From Eledone cirrhosa (taxonomy: Eukaryota): a DNA stretch of 64,000 bases. The stretch lies in assembly GCA_964016885.1 (NCBI GenBank), contig OZ024751.1:49104001-49168000 (forward strand), read 5' to 3'. The notes below the pieces were generated by a model. That model was not told the DNA's origin. It searched no databases and worked only from the letters and a program-made list of their open reading frames with translations. The number at the start of each line of letters is the position of its first letter. Position 1 is the stretch's first letter. Shown here piece after piece: positions 57,218 to 64,000 of this stretch. The position numbers and the translations under genes are program-made.

Positions 57218-57297
57218 TTGGATCGTCAATTATGAAATTTGTAGAAAGGTGTAGAAAAAACAACAAATTTCTACGAATTTCGTACTTGACGACCCAA
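57218..57297. mobile_element. 80-bp hairpin MITE copy
   Basis: TTGGATCGTCAA...TTGACGACCCAA flanked by TA. Confidence 0.65.
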
Positions 57298-58064
57298 TAT
57301 ATACAAAACATATATACATATAAAATATATTCAGAAACACACGATGCGTGATTTTACATCTGAGTTATGGCGGTCTATTAATGTAACTGTGGACACTAAG
57401 GCGGAGCAGACGAACGAGAGGGCGGCCAAATGTTAGAGGTCACGATCATCTGACCTGATACCTCGGCACCACATTGCCTAATATCGCCAGAGATATAATG
57501 TGGTGGATGTCAACCAGGAAGTAGTTCCTCCAATAGGTATGAGAAAGCTATGGATTTTGAATTTTGGTGTATTATACTCTTATCATTGTAGGTTGTGTGT
57601 TGTGAATTTCACAAAGACAAGTGCATCCAGGAAAAAGCTATAATTATTTTTTTTTTTTAGAGGTGTAATAATATAGGAATTGTGACATATGGCGACACGT
57701 ATGTTTTAGAATTTACGTACGTTCACATTTATGTTCTTATAGTTTCGTATTGAGAGTTGGGATTGGGTTTATCCTATCTAGGGGATATTTGATGGGTATT
57801 TCTACATCTAATATTGTTGTATATATAAGTCAAAAGAAGGTGTTATTTTTGAAGGTCTCTTTGAGATATGTGGTCATTTAATGAAAAGTGGTTTTGAAGG
57901 AGCTTGCTTTGCTGGAACATCATTACTATGTTGTAAGAAGTGTATAAAAAGAATATATAATGAATATATATATATATACATATATATTTTAACATACATA
58001 CATACACAAATACACAAACGCACATAGATATAACTACTTATATACAGACATATATGTATATATG

Positions 58065-58139
<75 letters not shown>

Positions 58140-58738
58140 ATATATATATAAAGAATTAAAAACATGAACTTTTAAATTAAATTCTGCAACATGGTTTCAT
58201 TTGAGATAACACTAATACTGCTAATAATAATAATAATACTAATAACTCTATTAATGTTTAAAATCTGAGTTTTAGTCTAAAATGCCTCAGTAGTTTCGAA
58301 ATGAGAGATAACTTATTAATCGGACAGTTTTAATACTATTGTACGTGAAAATTCACCGCTGCTTTCAAATACGATTCGTACAGACATGATAAATATTGAT
58401 TTACCTGCCATTTTGTTTTCTAATACAAATTACGGCGGGAAAACAGGAAGTGTCTTCAAACTTATATGGGAAAACAGAGGGTAAGGGGGGAGAATAATAA
58501 AAATGAAAACTAAAAATAAAGAAGAAAATATGGGAACGAATTGAATATTAATGTACGCACGAATAACATAAATGAAATATCGAATAAGAAATATTGACTT
58601 AAACACTCGCACTTTGTCTGTCTCCTTGTTAATGTGTCTAAGTCTGCATACATGTAGGTGTCTGTGTATATGAGTGTTTATTTGAAGTTTATATATGTAT
58701 ATATATGTATGCATATATACACAGACATATATATATAT

Positions 58739-58805
<67 letters not shown>

Positions 58806-58852
58806 ATAATAATATACATATACATACATATATATATAAATATATAAACACA

Positions 58853-58901
<49 letters not shown>

Positions 58902-59001
58902 GTCTGTATATGTGTGTATGTCTATATGTGTCTGTTTGTATCTATTACATAACCATACGCTTGCATTGAGAAATATTTTGATTTGCGTCTTGTAAATATT
59001 A

Positions 59002-59047
<46 letters not shown>

Positions 59048-59055
59048 CATATATG

Positions 59056-59129
<74 letters not shown>

Positions 59130-59465
59130 CATACATGTATATGTGTGTGTGTATATATCTATGGATGCTTGTGAATTATATATGCAGATGTGTATCTTTG
59201 TATTCAAACAAGTTTGTTTATATAAATATATTTTATTACAGTTGACTGTAATGTACGAAGTAGAATATGTTAAAGGAAGAATATAGTTATTAGAAATGAC
59301 CCAAGCTACATTAATATTATATAATTATGTATGTGTTTTCCTATAGACATAACATTCCATTTACACTGATTGCATGTAAATTCTTGAAATAAACTGAACC
59401 GCTCATTAAATCTCAAAATCATAGACTCTACTGCCTCTCTCTAACACTACATTATATACTTATGT

Positions 59466-59563
59466 TTCTTCTTCTTCTTCTTCTTCTTCTTCTTCTTCTT
59501 CTTCTTCTTCTTCTTCTTCTTCTTCTTCTTCTTCTTCTTCTTCTTCTTCTTCTTCTTCTTCTT
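59466..59563. repeat. (CTT)n microsatellite
   Basis: Directly visible. Confidence 0.95.
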
Positions 59564-60004
59564 CTCCCTCTTCATGTCTGCTTTTTTCCTTTTTTTTCTT
59601 CTGTTCCTACTTGTGTCTGGTTTTATTAATTGAAGTTTTTCGCCATAACAATTAAGACATCCATATCTAGGATCACGAAAGTTTGATTTTCAACTTCCGT
59701 CCTATCCTGGTCAATAACTTATAGTACATCATGGGTAGAATCGAATTGGACCTCGAGGTAATTTCCACGGAGAGGAAAGGTCGAAACTTCACACCAGATC
59801 GCCTTTTGTTCCATAATCTAACGATTCTAGCAATACACTAAATAAGCTTAGGCTTATTACAAACAATCTAAGAGGAGGGAAACTTCTTTTATATCAACCC
59901 CAGTACTTTATGTATAATTTTACTTGATGACCAAAAGATAATGAAAAGAAAAAATGAAATCGGTAGTAGTTTGAAACAAAGCTTAAAGAACCACTTTAAC
60001 TGAA

Positions 60005-60112
60005 ATAATTGTTTCTACTTTAGGCACAAGGCCAGCAATTACCCAGTGCATTACTGGTACTTTATTTTATCGACCCCGTAAGGATGAAAGGCAAAGTCAA
60101 CCTTGGCGGGAT
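60005..60112 (-). mobile_element. 5'-truncated tRNA-SINE
   Basis: Central domain and tail on minus. Confidence 0.8.
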
Positions 60113-60129
60113 CACTTTAACTGTAATAA

Positions 60130-60220
<91 letters not shown>

Positions 60221-60469
60221 TATATGTGTGTGTATATATGTATATATATATATGTGAGTGTGTGTGTGTATGTGTGTGTGTGTTTCATCACACGACATTC
60301 AGACCAAAACACTCGTCAAATTCAAATAACCTAAATAAAGAAGTGAAGCAAAACGATAATCATAAACAAAAATTAATCAAAATCAAACTTTACGACACTG
60401 AGAGATATTTGAAAATGTTCATAATATATAAATATATATATATATATATACACTCACATACATACATAT

Positions 60470-60519
<50 letters not shown>

Positions 60520-60535
60520 TCACATACATACATAT

Positions 60536-60605
<70 letters not shown>

Positions 60606-61078
60606 CTGCGCATAGATTACTTTTTTTTTTACGTATTTATTTCACATTAATTTTGTTGTAGCACATTTAATTTTTAATATAGATTTGTTTTCTTCTAATT
60701 TGTTTTAAACATTTTACTCTTCAATATCAGATTATCATTAACTATGTTACTCATATTATCAAATCTATGTTTTTTTATATAAATATAATATGTTTGATTT
60801 TGCTGTTGTTCTTGTTGCGACTGCCTTTCGTATTTTCGTTTTGCCGTTACGTATTTAATTGACAACCAAGTCTTTTATTTATAGTTTCAATCGGTTTCAT
60901 ATAAATATCAAAATTTAAAATTTAAAGAGCAAATTGTATTGCTAAACTGTCAATTACTGAATTCGATCTTTTATTTCTTTATTGATTTGCTTTTTTAATT
61001 TTTTTCATTCTTTCTTTTACCCAGTTCTGGTTTTCTCTTTTCTTTCTTCCTTTCTCTCCGCAACCTGCACCTTCTTCC

Positions 61079-61138
<60 letters not shown>

Positions 61139-61185
61139 GTATATATCCATCTTTCTATCTATATATCTATATCTGTATCTATATC

Positions 61186-61226
<41 letters not shown>

Positions 61227-61238
61227 ATATACATGGAT

Positions 61239-61293
<55 letters not shown>

Positions 61294-61296
<3 letters not shown>

Positions 61297-61491
61297 CGAA
61301 GGAAATGTGGTAAGGAACCAGGTGGACCATAACGCACCAAAGTACTCAATACTTAGGGTAGTAGAGTGGGTAATAGGAACAAGTAAGACCCCGACGGCTG
61401 AGCTCAACCCGTTTCGACGGCTAATTCTGGAGTCCAGAATTAGCCGTCGAAACGGCTTGAGCTCAGCCGTCGGGGTCTTACTTGTTCCTAT
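61294..61491. mobile_element. Palindromic pLTR-type insert (same family as 20191-20381)
   Basis: Near-perfect palindrome 61373-61491 centred at 61432; (TA)n flanks. Confidence 0.85.
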
Positions 61492-61631
61492 ATATATATA
61501 TATATATATACATATTCTTTGCTTAAACTTTAATCTGTTATTTGAATACATATATATATATATATAGAAACGCACATATATATATATAATTCCAACCCGC
61601 CCGTCTCCTCAATCTATTTTATTTCTCATTG

Positions 61632-61670
61632 TTTCTTCTGATGAAGGACTAGCGTCCGAAACGTTAAACC
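61632..61670 (+). ncRNA. Minimal hammerhead-like motif (PLE type)
   Basis: CTGATGA-A-GGAC(TAGC)GTCC-GAAACGTT-AAAC; stem I short. Confidence 0.55.
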
Positions 61671-62163
61671 CTCTTCCTGCTATATCAAGCGTTAACCTAA
61701 TATATACCTTCCATATACTGTACCGATTGTGTTGTTATTTCTGTTTACCTTTTATATATATATATATATATATATACATACACACACACACACGTACGTG
61801 TGCACTAGGCAGCCAAAGTTTCTGATAAAATTGTATCTGTATATACACGTTTACATCAATTCCGTGTATATACAAATATATATGTATATATATAAACTAA
61901 ATGTTTATAGCTGAATATCTAATGGATCGTGACGACATGGTTTAATAATCTAATTGAATTTGCTACGGGAAAAACTAATACCAGCAACACGGAATAAAAT
62001 GAATTGCAAAATTAATAAATAGGAAAACACTTCTTGCCTTAATATTTATCTATTGTCGTTTGAGCAGTTAGTATAAACGTAGTTTTGTCTATATATATAT
62101 CATACATCAATATGCTTTCATGTGCACATATAGACACACACACACGCACACACACACGCACAC

Positions 62164-62287
<124 letters not shown>

Positions 62288-62325
62288 GAACACACGCACG
62301 CACACACACACACACACACACCCAT

Positions 62326-62403
<78 letters not shown>

Positions 62404-62485
62404 GTTATTCCGGGTTGAATCGGAGGTAACCACAATAAGTAAGGTACTCAATACATTGCAGAGTATACAAGTTTTAATATAGATG

Positions 62486-62536
62486 AGATTCTACAGGACT
62501 AGAACTGTTTCATTCTTTAGAAATCATCAGGAATCT
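62486..62536 (-). ncRNA. Type I hammerhead ribozyme
   Basis: Minus: AGATTC-CTGATGA-T-TTC(TAAA)GAA-T-GAAA-CAG(TTCTAGTC)CTG-TA-GAATCT; 6-bp stem I, GUA triplet. Confidence 0.8.
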
Positions 62537-62680
62537 GGGTATCAAAAAATAAGTATGGTATTTATAGGTCTCTTCAAGTGGTAGGAGAGGGTAGGGCGTG
62601 GGATGGGTGTAGGTCATTGGTTGATGGAAAAGGGGATTCATTAAAAGCTAATTCTTCAAAGCTATAGTTTATTTTTATAA

Positions 62681-62716
<36 letters not shown>

Positions 62717-63006
62717 TTATATACACAAAAGGCGAATTGGCAGAGTCTGTAAGACGTCGGCTATAATGCTGTACCATCTTCATCCCACCTTATTTCACGC
62801 TCTGAGTTTGTTTCCCGCCGTGGTTAACTTTTCCTTTTATCTACTAGAGGTCATTAAAAATGTAACGGTCCAGTACAGGGCTCGATTCTTCCACTGTAGA
62901 AAATATCGGCTGTGTTCAGACCTGAAAAGGGAAATGGTAGATGGATGCTAAAACACGTGCACGATGAGCCAGCAACACAGGCTACAATTATACATATACA
63001 CACACG

Positions 63007-63039
<33 letters not shown>

Positions 63040-63044
<5 letters not shown>

Positions 63045-63207
63045 TTCTACAGGACTGGAAATGTTTCATTCGGGCTTCCTTAGGATCTCTTCCGAATGAA
63101 ACAGTTCTAGTCCTGTAGAAGCCATTTCTATATTACATATTTATACTCTGCTTTGTATTGAGAACCTTACTTACTGTGGTTACCCCCGATTGAACCCCGG
63201 ATAATCT
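63040..63207. mobile_element. Palindromic pLTR-type insert (relative of the 17.9/62.4-kb family)
   Basis: Palindrome 63040-63125 centred on the putative stem II; shared 3' tail TTATACTCTGCT..GTATTGAG.ACCTTACTTACTGTGGTTAC. Confidence 0.75.
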
Positions 63208-63910
63208 TATATATATATAAGCGACTCTCTTTTAAATATTTAGGATTTTAATAGCAAAATGATGGTATAAAGTGAAAAGGAAAAAAAATGTAGTGAAAGA
63301 AAACCACCCTACAACAAGCTAATAAACAACTCCTAAACAAAAGCGAAAGATGCGATAGAAATATAGTAAAAGTGTAAACTGATGACCGAAGGTTAATCAC
63401 TTTTGTAATATTAGTTCCACTAAAACCATTATCGTTCTCCAACCTATATATCAAAGATTAACATTATATATGTCGTAGAAGCGTATGACATTTATGGACT
63501 TTTACAAAATCTACCAACTATTCCTAGGTTTCTTTTATTTTTATTTTTTTAGTTTTTGGTTTTAGGGGCGTGGGTGTTTGTTGGTTGTTGGTTGTTGATC
63601 TTTAGCTGATTTATTTCATCGTTTATATTTTCTATCTTTTTTTTTTGGGGGGGGGGGGGGGTGATCCTGATTTTATTTACTTCTTTATTACTTGGTTTTT
63701 CACGCATGAAAAATATAGAAAAAATAGACTAATTTAGTTTCATGTTTGGCTGGCTGTACTAATATATATATATATATAATGCACACACACACACACACAC
63801 ACACAGATATATATATTAGTACATCTATATAATTATAGAAATATTCATGTATGAGTATACATCTCTATAAATCATATAATATATACATACATAGCCAACC
63901 CATATCTCTT

Positions 63911-63950
<40 letters not shown>

Positions 63951-64000
63951 AATATATATATAGAGAAAAACAGATTATAGTAGTTTAAGGCGATTCGTAT

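Overview
AT-rich animal (eukaryotic) genomic DNA saturated with (TA)n/(CA)n/(GA)n microsatellites. The tRNA-derived SINE family and overall texture suggest an octopus-like cephalopod (inference). No host exon is recognisable, and almost all ORFs in the track are microsatellite artefacts. Coding remnants: (i) a frameshifted Naiad-type Penelope-like element (PLE; RT + GIY-YIG, minus strand, ~42.5-46.35 kb) with an inverted pLTR; (ii) an older GIY-YIG fragment at ~11.1-11.5 kb; (iii) a full-length but disrupted L1/Tx1-clade LINE (50946-56707) inside (TTA)n. The main hidden signal is a population of hammerhead-ribozyme (HHR) elements inserted in (TA)n. The most notable is a near-perfect 595-bp tandem array (24954-28863; ~4.1 units on minus, then ~2.5 units on plus). 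Every unit carries a type-I hammerhead with the variant U3:A8 core (UUGAUAA), so it is a candidate young retrozyme/circular-RNA concatemer. Also present: a second, 422-bp HHR tandem, several other HHR families (some also U3:A8), palindromic inserts centred on the HHR, and twin-priming-like inversions. All RNA folds were paired by eye; no activity or database match was tested.
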